64,000 nt of DNA, taken from contig OZ176052.1 in NCBI GenBank assembly GCA_964247055.1, forward strand, positions 11,904,001 to 11,968,000, read 5' to 3'. Source of the DNA: Paragordius varius (taxonomy: Eukaryota > Animalia > Nematomorpha). A program made the position numbers and the translations under genes. Position 1 is the stretch's first letter. Each line of letters opens with the position of its first letter. Under the pieces are notes generated by a model that did no database searches, had not been told where the DNA came from, and saw only the letters and a program-made list of their open reading frames with translations. Positions 38,301-51,883 of this stretch are shown here, piece by piece.

Positions 38301-41300
38301 ATTCTTTTTTGGGAAGTTTATATGCCAAGGTTACAGTTGCTGGCTGTTTGATGGGACAGTTGGATAATATCTTTTTTGGAGGGCACGGAATTTTTAGAGC
38401 TTCATACGGCATACATGATTCAGGGTAAGTTCTTTACACATATTGTAAATAAAGAAGGGTCATAATTTAACATAGTTATATTTTATAAACTATTTTTAGT
38501 TCGCATAGAAACGCTAAACAATTTAATTTGACAAAAATAAAATTGCATAAAAAGGGTCTGGGTAATCATGGAGATGACAATATGAGTAATTATACGTTGC
38601 TAGAAAGTTATTAACTATTGCAAGATAGCATATACAGCAAAGGGCATTATTATTGGCATATAGTTATTTTTTCAATTTTTACTATTATTAGCAAATAATA
38701 ATTCTCTTTGCTGCATATGCTATTTGGCAATAAATAATAACTTTCTGGCAATGTTACTTACTATGTATAAAAATTCTAATTTATCATTTACAACTCAAAT
38801 TCACCCTCGAACAATTTAAATTCACCCACGAACAATTCAAATTAATCCCTTGAATAATTCAAAATCACCTTAAAAATAAATTATGTGTTTTTGGGCTAAT
38901 ATAACTCATCATTAATATGAAATATTTATTTATGGCCTTTATTGTTTTTCTATTAAGTCAATTGAGGAAAATTTTATTATTTATAAATAAAAAAATATAT
39001 GTTATGTAAAAACATATATTTTTTAGGGTGAATTTGAGTTCGAGAGTGAATTTGAATTTTTCAAGGGTTAACTTGAGGTTCAAATGGTATTCTATATCAT
39101 TTTGATGTAATTTTAACCGATCTGAATCGATTAAATTGGAAAAATCGCAAATCGCTCTATATCTAATTATGAGGTTTAAAACAGATATGCATGGATGTTT
39201 ATTTGTATAATAATTTAATAACCCAGTATTTATCAAAAATCTTAAGGCGGAATTGATTTGACCGCCTTGGCAGCCCATTTGTCCTTTCTTTCTATTGCAG
39301 GAGAGCATGTATTGAGGGGAAAGGGATATCGATCCATTTTGAATAATACTTATGCGATCAGCTAATACATCTATTATAAATCAATATAAATAAATAAAAT
39401 GGTTGTAAAAATGACAATTAAATAAATTTTAATTGTCTTGCTAAAACTGTAGTTTTAGCAATTTAAATTGATTTTGGATGTATACATTTTGCAATTTTTT
39501 ATAAAGAATAGTTTGCTTTCATACTATCAATACCCCAGATATAATTATATTGTGCCGAAATCTAATATTATCTCGATTGTCAATATTTTTCATAAGAATT
39601 TCGTTCTGTATAAAAGCAATCATTACATTTAATGCATTAATTGAATTGCCCTGAGATTTTAATACAAATGAAGTCTTTGTGCTCATTTTTATTTATCGAC
39701 GCATATTCCAAAACTTTTGCGATTTTTCGGCATTTTTTAATAACCAATTACCTGTTAATGCTATGGCCCACGAAGATGCACACAATTTTTGATTTCGGAT
39801 CCCATTGATCAAATAATGTCGGCGAATATCATAAGCATGTTCGGGCAAATTGGCGTTACCGGGTGGAGTTAGCAGGGTAAGTTTGACAAAAAACTTGGGA
39901 GGAGGAGGAAAGACCCCCAATTTAGTTGAACCAAGCATGTGAAGTGTCTGACCCCAAAAATTGGAATAGTTTCCAGCTTTCCACCTATTTTTTATGGCCA
40001 AAATATCTTGATTTATTAGGTGAAAATTGAATAAATCCCATGCAAAATACTGTTGTTTTAATATTCTTACATTATAAACTATAAAAGAATTTAAGTATAC
40101 GTATAGTATCTTGGTAAAGAATTGATTTCATTAATTCTTTGAGCGCTAATCCCACAAATATGCTTTACACACTTGATTCCATCAACTTTGCAAGAGCTAA
40201 TTTATGAATAAAAAAATGAAATTTCATCTATCAATATCAAAAAAGAGCTTTAATATGCCAATACCTATCTTCGAATTCATACTTAAACATCAAGCACACG
40301 AAGAGTTAAAACTGATAATTTTATATCTATAAAACTTTTTAACCAAACACTTTCAAAAACGAATTCGAAACTGTTTATAATGCAAAAAATCAAAACTTAT
40401 CTAAAAGTCCCTAATCTTCTAAAAATCCAAAATTCACCTTATATATTCCGAACTCATATATTTCCGCTCTATTATTTGTCGCCAGAAAATTGCATTACCG
40501 CAGAAAATATTAACATAGAACCGTAACTTTGATTAGATAATTTAACCGAATTATAGTTGCATTGTTATGGCGAAAAACAGAAATATGATGTATCGTTAAA
40601 ATAATAAATTATGTATAATTTATGATAAAGCTACACTTAGATCTCTTGGGACCGACTTAAAATCTGAATACTCTAAAACATACATTATTTTAATATTAAT
40701 AAAAACTTAAACTAATTGGCTGTATCTGATTTCTAAATAATCGATTGTGTTATGATAGTATATTTGTTTTGTAATAATTTGTTGTCCATTCTAGAGTAAT
40801 TATAAAGCCAAAATTTTACACCTACCATACACTGAATATGCAATCTGTAAATCCATTTTGATTGATGAATAAATTTATTTTAGATGAGTAAAAATATTAG
40901 ATAATCACTTTTAGCGTAACAAATCACAAATAGCAAACATAATTTTAGTTTTTATCATTATAAAGATAAATATATATATACCAATGATAGCATGATTCTT
41001 TGAAAGAAGCTCCCAAAGGATATACTCGACCATCATATAGACAAGAGTCTTTATTATTAATCTTTATTTGTTCTTTCTCAAATGTTGAGGTTGGCCCCAA
41101 TTGTGTGTCATCTAAAGATAAATTTATATTATTTGCATTTATACAAATATTTCACGAGTCAATTAAGCACATCTTTGGAGTTACGTCAAAATAAAGAGTA
41201 TTTTAAAAATTATGTTTTGATAGCATGTAAAATTTAAATTCGTAAAAATGGAATATCAATAAACGTTTTAAGGGTTTTCTGTCCAGAATTATTTATGTGT

Positions 41301-44300
41301 TTTATAAAAATATTGTCTTTCGGCTTCTACACATTTCGCCCATGTCTAAGGTAATTTATCAACCATGTCAAAAGGCCCTCTTTTGCGGCAAATCATTAGT
41401 TAAGCCTTTTTTAACGTCTCCGAATTTATTTAAGAGCTATAGTAAGTAATAGTCTATGGCGGATGCGAAAAAATTTCCCATCGAAACTAGGGTGCTTTTC
41501 CTTGGTTTGTGTGAGACGGAACATTGTCATGTAGCAAAATTGCATTGCCATATAATCTGACTCATTCAGGTCGTTTTTAGAACAATGCTTGGTTTAAATT
41601 TATTTAATGTCGATTGTGTGATAAAGATTTCGGTCATTCGTTTATAATATAGAATACGGCTGCAATACCAGACATCTTCTTTTTATGTAAATAAATTGGC
41701 TTTGCTCCGTATACTGATTGTTTTTTGTGATACAGTAATGTTTTTGTAGATTGTCTTTGAGTTTGAGTTAAGTCATCATCCAATAATTCTTCTACTTTAT
41801 CGTCTTTACAGTGTGTGATCAACCAGAGCGCCCATTCTTTTTCACAGTCACAACTTTTAAATTTTTTCCAGGTTTCACATGTTTTAAGTGATAGAGCATG
41901 TTCACCATTTTCTACTATTAATGACAAAAGTCCTTTTCATTTTATGGCAAGGCTGCCGTTAATGTTCTTTTCAGATACAAATCATGATGACTGCATGATA
42001 AAAATTAGACGCTAGTTTTTGAAGAACTCAACTTATGTGTGTTTGTTGATTAACACTTCGATTCAAATTGGGGTATCTAAATACCCCAGACTAAATTAAA
42101 ATTAAAATTTAAAAACTACTGAAGGAAACGGTCCCAATTTAAATTTATGCTTCTATCCTGATAAATATTATATAAATATGCCAAAATATCTTAATAAAAT
42201 TTTGTTTTGAAAAAATAGTTCCATCTCAAACTACTTGGACGCCATTTTTATTTTACAAAAATTTTGCAAAATATCGTCTTCATTTAATTTTAAGGGTAAA
42301 ACTAAAGCTTATTTTTTATATAAATTACATCTAACATTGATAGAAATAGAAAAAGCGGTTTATTTTGTATTATTTTTTAGTTTTACAATTTGACACATGT
42401 CATGGTGACTAAATTTTTACCTTTCAGTTTTAGCTCAAAATAAGTAATATCAAGTATTTGTGAATAAATTTTTTTATATATTTAGGTTTATTAATGTTAT
42501 GTATGTGCAAAATTTTGCCATGGTTTCGATTGTTTCCATACTTTTTAAAGTATTTGATTTTAAACAGCCTGGGGTATCCAATACCCCAATTTGAATCAAC
42601 GAACTAAAATGAGTGTGTTGTATCCAAGTGTTAATGACAGAAAACAAAATGGCGCCTGTGTCGAATCAATCGGCTGCGTACATTTTTTAAAATCTTCTTG
42701 TAGTTTCAACCCTAAGATTAATTAATACAGCTGGTATATCAGGGGTAAAGAATTTAACTGTTATAGTTCAGATTTTAAGTTAATTTTGGCTCCTATTCCA
42801 AAGCTTTTTAAAGGCGATTCCTATTCAAAAAGGGGTTTCAAATTTTAAATACGCATTTCCTAATTACTGAATTATAAATGATAATGAACACACACACACA
42901 TTATTATATACCCCACAAAATTTTTTGTATGCTACATTTATCCAAATAATTTAAAGAAATATATTTATTAAAAAATAGAAAACAATATTGATATAGGGAT
43001 AACATTGTGTTAAAAATAAAAAAGGGCAAAAATTTTAAAAATATTAATTTGGAACCGCTAGAAGCTGCGGCTTACTAAACGGTTTAAATGATTTTAAGAA
43101 CATATATTCCCAATCTCACAAAAATGGCTCGGATCTAATTCATTTAAGAAATAAGTAAACCGATTTGCCACTTTCTCCTATCTATCTCATAATACTTAAT
43201 ATTGGCAAAATAACTTTTGTGAAAGAAATCTAATAATAATGTTTTTGCATACAAAAATAATTATTTATGGGAAAAAAAGGCTCTCATACATATATGTTGG
43301 GACAATTTTATATTCGATTCTTAAATAATTACATTAAAACTACTAAAAAAGATAAAATATGACCATTCCATCTATTCCCCAAAGACCAAAAATCGCATTA
43401 ATATTTTATTTTTTGCCACAAAGTTAGTTATGAATTGCTTCCATGATTTTAGACTATTTAAAAGATGCATCGTAAATGAGCTTATCGTTTTTCTGTTAAA
43501 AAGGAAAACTGAGGACAAATTATATATAAAATTATTATTGGTATACATTTGTATTCTTATTTTTGAAAAAAAGTAGAGAAAATCACAATAGAAATTTTTT
43601 TATTATTTACCTAAAATGGGGAAATAAATAATTTGACATATTAAACCAATTTTCATGAAATATAAACCTTGATACCTATTATAACAATAAGATAAATCAA
43701 AATCAGAATAACAAAGCACCATAGAATTTATTAAATATATTTGAATGTATTTCCTCAATATACATTTTATAAAATAAATGCTTTATTTAATTTTAATAAA
43801 TTAGGGTGTTTTTGCATTGTCGTGGCAACATATTGATGTGAAATATTAATGGAAGGTAATTAACAAAAGTCGTAAAGATTTTTCATTTAAACAAGGGGTA
43901 ACATTAGAACAAATATTGAAAATTCTTTTAAGGAATAAAAATCCATAGAGAGCAAGCCAAAAAATTAAAATGCGTATGAGCCCAACATTAGCGGTGGTTA
44001 AGCATCTTCCTCCATCGACATTAATTAATGCAAAAGCACCCCAATAAGAATCGATATGGTTAAATGGTATAATAATAAGTAAAGTCTCATACATGGTAGC
44101 CGTTGGGTGGTCAGCAAAGAAGGCCATGCTAATGGATGACTAGCGGTTGATGTTACTTGGATAGCGGTAGATTTCTGTTGATTTGCTTGTCGCATAATAT
44201 CTTCAATTTTAGCTCTTTCCCTAACAACTTCCGAATCATAATCCATGTCTTCGACATTAAAATCGTTTGGAGCACTTTGGCTATCGTCTGATCTGGCTGG

Positions 44301-45125
44301 TATAAAAACAGATGGTATCACAGGTTGTTTCCTTCTTGTGGTTATTTCATAAATTTGATTTTTTTGTTTGGGGGCTGGAGTTGCTCCACCGTAGTAGTAT
44401 TTAGTTTTAGTAACCGGTTGTTCTTGTTGTAATAGTAATTGATCCCTATATCTTTGATCAGCGTAGGGAGGCATAATATTAGACCCTTTAGTGGTGATAA
44501 CTGTAATTTGAGGCGGAGGAGGAAGGAGAGGGAATACGCTATCGGGTCCACAACTTGAATCAAAATCTGGACAACAGTCATTAGCTTGGGCACAAAAAGT
44601 GTCACAATAGCATAACGTTCCCAATATCGGTCTATTGCAGGAATCATTACGACGTGTGCAACATAAGTTCCGGTGTGACTGATGAAATGGATGATTTACT
44701 CTTTTACGACGAAAAGATGTTTTCCTGTAACGGTGATGTACATTTTTGTTCTGCTGTCTCGAATCAACTCTACAATAATCTCCGCGGAGATCCCAATCGA
44801 CTTCAGCGTGACCCGTTCCGGTTTTAAGGATTGAATTTCCTTGATAAAATATAGGTTGTCCATATGAATTAACATGTTTTTGATGAACAGTGGCCTTTTT
44901 AAACAATCTATTGGTGTTCTCAGAGTCCCGACCATGGTTAAAACTTAGTTTATCATGATCACTATATTTGCTAAGCAAGTTTTTGTTTATTTTGCGAGCC
45001 AATTCTGGATAAGTGTCTTTGTAGGAGGGACGGCTGTATTCCTGCCCAGCCGAAAAATGGGGTGAGTGCAGCAAAATATATAAACCAAAACTATGGATTA
45101 AGCTGTAAATACAAAACTTTTCCAT
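35370..45125 (-). CDS. TINAGL1: Tubulointerstitial nephritis antigen-like (TINAG/TINAGL1/Swim family) secreted cathepsin-B-fold pseudoprotease, about 710 aa, 9 exons
   Basis: Exons 45125-44093, 41111-40982, 40196-40101, 39984-39752, 39370-39223, 38431-38259, 37672-37549, 37474-37444, 35534-35370 (2133 nt, phase consistent). Domain order: signal peptide; SMB ([17 protein letters not shown]...DCCPDF); [15 protein letters not shown]; [11 protein letters not shown]; NQKLCASSW (catalytic Cys replaced by Ser); [14 protein letters not shown]; [13 protein letters not shown]; HAVRIIGWG; [16 protein letters not shown]. The first donor (44092) is the least certain junction. The symbol denotes the family, not proven one-to-one orthology. 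Confidence 0.88.
35725..35973. mobile_element. hAT MITE with a perfect 8-bp TSD
   Basis: TIR TAGGGTTGTGC / GCACAACCCTA, flanked on both sides by GCCGTAAC (35717-35724 and 35974-35981). Confidence 0.92.
36330..36780. repeat. Probable MITE with inverted 21-bp subterminal repeats (ACACTTCAAGTTGGTCCTTGA-like)
   Basis: Repeated units at 36335-36430, a reverse-complement unit at about 36745-36760, and related units at 49285-49330. Termini not resolved. Confidence 0.45.
37057..37352. mobile_element. MITE with TACCATTTAC termini and 21-bp subterminal tandem repeats
   Basis: TACCATTTAC...GTAAATGGTA. The unit TCAAGGGTGAATTTGAATTGT is repeated in inverted orientation at both ends. Confidence 0.8.
38782..39089. 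mobile_element. MITE of the TACCATTTAC family, reverse orientation
   Basis: TATCATTTACAACTCAAATTCACCC ... CAAATGGTA, with the interior inverted relative to 37057-37352. Confidence 0.7.
41220..42736 (-). pseudogene. Decayed mariner (Mos1-like) element with an internal deletion, interrupted by a piggyBac-like MITE
   Basis: ORF 41634-41927 ([20 protein letters not shown]...[18 protein letters not shown]) resembles the mariner HTH region. [10 protein letters not shown] and [14 protein letters not shown] remnants lie downstream. The 5' end reads TACCAGCTGTA at 42736. Left boundary approximate. Confidence 0.75.
42054..42630 (+). mobile_element. piggyBac-like MITE with TTAA TSD
   Basis: TTAA|CACTTCGATTCAAATTGGGGTATCTAAATACCCC ... 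TATCCAAGTG|TTAA. Confidence 0.9.
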
Positions 45126-46514
45126 GAGTTAATAATGCAATATTAAAGATTAAGCAAATAAATCAAAAGTTGTTTCTAAAAATATGGGATAAACGTTTAG
45201 ATCAGATCGTATAATTATTATTGTATAATTATATTATCAAGATTCATTTATAGTATGATAGCTTTTTATCTTTGCGCAATGGCTTTCATAGCACACGATA
45301 ATTGCAAAAGGGAATCACTAGGTATTTGGTACATTTAATCATTTATATATTATTGACTTATGGAATATGATTGCACAGAATCTTCTAATTTTTTTCCAAA
45401 AAAAGTGTGGAGCTTATAAAATACGTGTAATTTTGGCATAAAAAAACAGGATTTTTTTAGCTTAACATTATGACAAAGACATATTTTAATGGCAAAATAG
45501 TAATTTTTTACTACCTTTTAGTATAAGAAGGAATTAAATGATGATATTATTACTAATAAATCAATATGTGATACCTATAAAAATGATAAAATAACGCGCA
45601 CGGCTTAATAGACAATTATTACAATTTAGATTGGAATGAAATAATTATAATAATAATCACACTCTTTCAAGCGATAATATACCATTGGCTGTTTGAAATA
45701 TCTTTCGCCAAAACATTTTAGTAGGGGCTCTAGTTCCGGTATTTTTTTTCGAAAAATTTGGTTATTTTTAAATTTATTCCTACTTTTTAATAGTAATAGA
45801 GTAAATAGCGTCTAAAACATAGTACTCACAAATTTGTATGATATATTTTGTCGAAATCTAAATATTTTTGCGATTCAAATAAAATAAAAATAATATTAAC
45901 AAATGAGATAACTTTGTATTATACTTTAAAAATAATTATATATGGGAGGGTGTGGACCGCGGTTACACCAAACGTGTGGGATCGCATGTTTTAATTTATT
46001 TGATCAAAGCAGTTCTTTAAAAAACCATGTGGTCTGATCTTTCAAAATAGTTTTGTTACTAATTTTTAGTCTTCAATGTCTATCTATCAAAACCACCCTG
46101 GTCAGTTAAAATCTTTATATGGTAATTTGTTGTGCCGTAAATAATGCACAGATTTATCTTTCTTTCACCATACACTAATCTTAACATGCTCGTTCCAGTC
46201 GCTTAAAAATGTTTTCTTTTATTTCATTAGTTACATCCTTGTTGGTTGTAGAATAACACTTAAATCTTATCATCAACCTTAAAACCACTAATTTATTAAA
46301 AATATATTGAGTCATTTGATTTTGATTAATAATTTTCCTTAAGTTTTTTAAAGCATTATGGTATATTTGGAGCTAAATATTTCCCCCAATGTAATTCTGT
46401 CATTACACAACCAATTAATTATTCATTTAAAAAATTGAGTATGTTGAAAACATTCTCGATAAACATTTATTATTTTATAAATATAAAACGTATTGATGAT
46501 TAATTTTATATAAA

Positions 46515-49500
46515 TTAATTTCTTTCTGCAAAAATATAAGTAGCATATGGGAGCGTTTTAAAAGAAAATGGTTCAAAGTCATGTCCCGTCCCTTGATAAA
46601 ATTTTCTTTGAAACTCAACCCAATGTAATCGTAGGGCATGTAAGAAGGCTGATAATCCCTCCATCAAAACTAAGATAGCTATTGTTAATATGGCCCAAAA
46701 CGCGAAAGCTAAATATAATTTAATTGGGCACAAGTATTTTTCTTCTCTGCAATTGAACCCATAAGCCAATACCATGCGCCACAAAACCTAGAAGATTATG
46801 CGTTATATATGAATAATTTGCTTTTAATCAAGTAAATATTTTATATAGATATACTCCAGATAATTCAGAATGAGCAAGGCTCAATGCCCACAACCTAAGG
46901 TACGATGCTGTGTGGGAAAGAGATTCCAAACAGAATTCCACGGCGCCCATTGCTTGTTTGGTCAACATTTTCCCAAAAAATGAGTGAACTTTTTCCTCTA
47001 TTTGATTGTTAGTTTGATTATGTTGTTTAACTCGTATAAGGTGTAACTTTATCAATGGTTTGGCCAATAACATAAGAGGTATGCATAGTAACGCTATAAT
47101 GACTAGTGCAATCTGTAAAATCTTTTGTCCTTTGTACAAATACACGCCACAAGTCTTGTCATCGGAATAGGAAATGAGGAACATACGTATTAAGTTTTGA
47201 AGCAGACTTGGGGCACATGCTGATTGTGTTGGATCGATTGCAATCCATTTTGCAATAATTAGGATTACCAGGTAGCCAAAGGTTGCCCCAAGGAATATCA
47301 TTCTGGGAACAAAAACACACCACAAATCTAACCATTCACCCTTATCGATATCATTGTAGGCCCCAATAGCCAACCCCATATACATATGGGCTATCCCAAA
47401 TACTATGGACAATTTCATTTTGTAGGAGTTACTAAATGATATTTCGTTCTTTGAAAGATGCCAAATTGGATCCATGCCATATGGGTAAGGACTGGCTTGA
47501 AAGAGAGTTTTTTTACTAAAATTGTTACTAAAATCAGGATCTGCAAAATTAAAAGCATCTATCGGATCTAAAGTGACATAGCTATAATCAAATGGATGCA
47601 TACTGTGAGTGTGCGGTTCTTTAAATAAGGCAAAAACTTTTGTAGAATTAGTTTTGTAGTTTAATGGATATTGTCGGGGTCCCATTATCTCTTGACTCTG
47701 ATTACTCAAATATTCATCATAGTCGGGATAATACATTCTCCACCGTGATCCGTAGAAAGCAATAGATTTTGAAAAGAAGTCGTTGTAAATGACTCCTGTG
47801 TATATGGAGAATATGCCCATAGCCAAAATTAAATATCTCCCATCATAAAACATCTTTGTAGTTTCTTCCGATTTTAGGCTTCGGCTCAAATAAGATTTGT
47901 CAAACCAAATGATATATGCCATTATGCATGTGACCAAGAGTCCGTGACCAGCATCGCCAAACATTACAGCAAACAGAAATGGAAATGTTACCATAAGAAA
48001 AGGGGCCGGATTCATCTCCTTGTATTTGGGTGTACCATACGCATTGACTATGGCTTGGAAAGCATGAGTATACTTGTTGGTTTCAATGTATGTTGGTGGT
48101 CTATATTTGGGTTTGTGATGAAGGCTTTCATCAATAATCAGGTGATGGATAACGTTGCAATTTTGAAATTCTTGATTGTTTAGCTGACATATGGTACTTG
48201 TGATTTTATCAATCTTTGAAACTGGGCACCAACCCTCTCCAATCATATATGAACCATGTTGTCCCTTACCCGACTTAAAATAGTTCATTATGGTGTAAAC
48301 GGATTTCGTTTTAAGCAGCCTTACCATATTTGCCCGAAGATCCGGCGCAAATGATTTTAGCAACTCCATTTTGTGCTCTTTCCCTCGATTAATTATCTAA
48401 AATATGTTAATAAATAAGTTGAAATTAAAAACGCGACCGTTTAAGATTTCACTTCCGGCCCCATATCATTTATTTTTGGTTTCGATTTCATCAATACAAT
48501 GTTTTTTGCGAAAAAAGTGTTTTGTTTCCATTAATGATTCTGATTCCGGTTTTATATATAACCAGAAAAATTATTGATTGTAAAGATAAAGTATGCAGGC
48601 GTAAAAAATAGTCATATATAAAAGCCAAAAATTAATTGTATGCTATTTTTCTCTGAAAATTCAAAATATAAGCTTTTATAATTTTGAATAAGATAACGTG
48701 GTATTATTCATTAATATAAAAATTAAAATTTTTAAGCCGTTTTTAACCGGGTTTAGATCAAATGTGGATTATGTTCCGGTTTAACAAAAAAATATTAAAT
48801 TGATTGTTTTTAAATTTATTTACCTCACTTAATTCGTATATCTGGGTCGTCAAATTTTCATACACCACACCCAATTCAGAAGATAGCAAAGGAAATGGAT
48901 ATATGGAAGCTTTAAAACTTTCACACAGTTTAAGCAATCGACTTTTAAATTCTTTACCTTGGAAAAAGATGACAAATACGGTTTTGAAAAGTGTCTCCAT
49001 GGACGTCGGATCTACGATTGCATTTGGATAATTGTAACGTTTAACTAATACATTTCCACGGCACAATCTCCAAACTATCGTTTCAAAAGCATTAAATTTC
49101 GACGTCAAAATGATCCCTGAACAATCATAAATAACAAAAAATTAACTTATTACTTATATGTACCGAATTCTATGTTATTTGCATGCAGTAACGAAAGCTA
49201 TTATAGGCTATTTCGGTATGGTAAATGGCTAAAAGAGGATTTTATACAGGTCTGTTATACCATTTACATTTCAAGAGAGTCCTTAAACACTTAAAGTTGG
49301 TCCTTGAATACTTCAAGTTGGTCCCTAAACTTTTTAAGCATGGTATGATTCATTTTATTAGTTGCATGTTTAATTAAACACTGTATTAATATTTTCAAAT
49401 ATGTTTCAAATAAAAATGATAAATCTCATATATGGCAACAGTGTAATTAAATACCATTTTAGCCATTTAAAAAATGGTATATAATAGCTCTCGCTAAGCA

Positions 49501-50687
49501 AAATCAAAAAATATTTATCCACTAATATGTTCAATAATTTGCTATAGATAAATTAAATATTTATTAAAAATTTTGTAAAAATTATCTCAATTACTAGCAA
49601 ACTATTAAAAGCGATTCATTTTCTAACTAATAAAAATAATTTGTATGTACAATTATAAGAATATTTGAAAATACTGTTAAAAATGCCTAGAGCATATATT
49701 GGTTTGCTAGGACTTAATTTTAATCAATAGTTTTTGTTCTTTACATCAATTTGCCAAAGTGAATATTATAAAAAATTTTTTATTGTCAACACTTCACCAT
49801 ACTCTTATTATTGTATCTTACTGCGTTTTCCAAAAAACACTCTATTTTCAATACATTTATTATATTAATATTAAGGGAATTTTAATTATGACCTTATAAG
49901 AGTGTATCTGTGCTTGAAAGTTTTTTCGCTCATAAATAAATATTTATAGTGATATATCTTAGATTATTTAAATGTACTAATAGAACGAACCTGCCATACA
50001 TTCTATCTTAAGAATGTTCTTAATCTGTCGTTTACCCACGGCACTTATGGTTTTATCCAATTCTTCAACCTGTTCATTGGGTTCAATAAATAAATTAGCC
50101 ATTAAGGGGATATTAGATTTGACTTCTGGACTCTGATAGCCCTGGCGTGATGAGGGACTACTTGAGGATTGACTTTTATTACGGGTCATGGATTCATTAT
50201 CAGCTTTTGGGCTAGTTAAAAAAGTTTCCTTCATCATGTTAGTGTCCCAAATATTTTCATTGATGGTCGTTCGTACAATATCGAGTTCTGTGAGGTACAA
50301 CAAATTCTTTTGCATTGATACTTCTTGTTCATGTATAATTTTGAATTCGGAATGTAGGGCCTCAAATTCTTGTAATTTGGTCCGAAATTCTTTTTCCGTC
50401 AGTGCCGGTAATAAAGCTACCAAATCCTCCAATGTGTGGATATCGGCCTCCCGAAATTGTATCACGTTTTCGTTTTCACAATGCTTGTAGAAATCTTTTA
50501 AGATAGTCTCTAATCGTTGACACATTTTAATGTTTTCCACGTATTTACGTTGAAAATAATTGCAACCGACATTTAGGTCAAGGAATTGCACTAAACCCAA
50601 ATCACCCAACAAGGCTAAAGTAGTATAAATAGATTCTGTTTGAAAGAAAAATTGGTATAGGCCCATATCCTCGCTATAAAAATCCAT
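46515..50687 (-). CDS. ATP6V0A: V-type proton ATPase V0 subunit a (116 kDa family), about 934 aa, 4 exons, divergent
   Basis: Exons 50687-49991, 49116-48824, 48396-46855, 46787-46515 (2805 nt). Motifs [70 protein letters not shown] (essential Arg) and [18 protein letters not shown]. Paralog identity not assignable. Confidence 0.93.
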
Positions 50688-51883
50688 TATCTCGATATAT
50701 AAATTTGGGTGTCAAAAATATATGTTCTAAAAATTTTGGAGTTCTAAATGCTCTAATTTAATCAAAATTAAGATTGGTAATGTAAACAAAAAGGATAATT
50801 AAAAATAATTATTTTAAAATATGGATCAAAATCGGACATTTTTTAATTTTCTACCCCTTTCATGAAGATACGGCTACCTTCTTCAAATAATATTAAAAAT
50901 ACTTTTTATTTTATATTCTTTATATATATTTATTTTGGTATTAGATATTTTTAAATTATTTATTTGCCAAATTTAAACTGCCTATATATGACAAGATATA
51001 TAAAGTATGTGCGGAAAATATGGGGAATTATAAAAAATCAGGGATCCATTTATATCATAACCAGTCATCTCCAACAAAAATCATTCATTGAATCCGTCTA
51101 TGCCCAATAAAATTTGGATAGTTGGACAATTTAAAAATGATGTTACAATGATAAACTGAAACATAATTCATTAGTAGTGTATAATAATAAAAACAATCAA
51201 ATTATTGTTCTAATTGGTCGGAACCCCATTATAATTGAATAAATAACAAACATAGCTAAAATTATAACAGAAAAATTGGGTGTAAAATATAATATAAATG
51301 TTATCCTAAAAATGTATTTTAGATCTAAATAAATTATAAATTTTCCATCAACATAGAATATTCACAGTTAACGGATGTAGTGATTCCTAAATCGTATCAA
51401 AATAATATAATGAATCGTTTTTAAGTTTTCTAAAAATAGATTTAAAAAAACTCAATGCTCTCGTTGTTTGGTATATTTGAATAAGCCTTGCCTTTTATCG
51501 TTAAGTTTGAGCTTATATTATGAAATATAACTCTACAGTTAAAAATTTATTTAATATATTTTATAAACCAAATGTCAGTTTCTTAGTTATTATTTTAATT
51601 TTTATCCAATCCTTACCAAGTGTTTGTAATTTTATAGCTGATTAGTATGAAGCATATGCTTTTCCGCCTATTTTAAAGAAAAAAGTGTTTGCTTTTAATC
51701 CCATCTCAAAAACCTTCGATTTTGAGAAATGTCAATCAATTAGCAATATTTTTGTATATGGTTTTTCCTTTTTAGATATTGACTAATTTATCCCTCTAAT
51801 CCAATCATAAATTCAGCAACATTAAATGCATTATTTCATTAGTGTGGGTTTGGTCCAGAAATTTTTGGTTTAATTGTAAAGAC

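Noticed and set aside
44025-45125. 366-aa single-exon SMB protein as a stand-alone gene
   Set aside because: Eight downstream exons supply the rest of a TINAG-like protein in correct order and phase. The short form is kept only as a candidate isoform.
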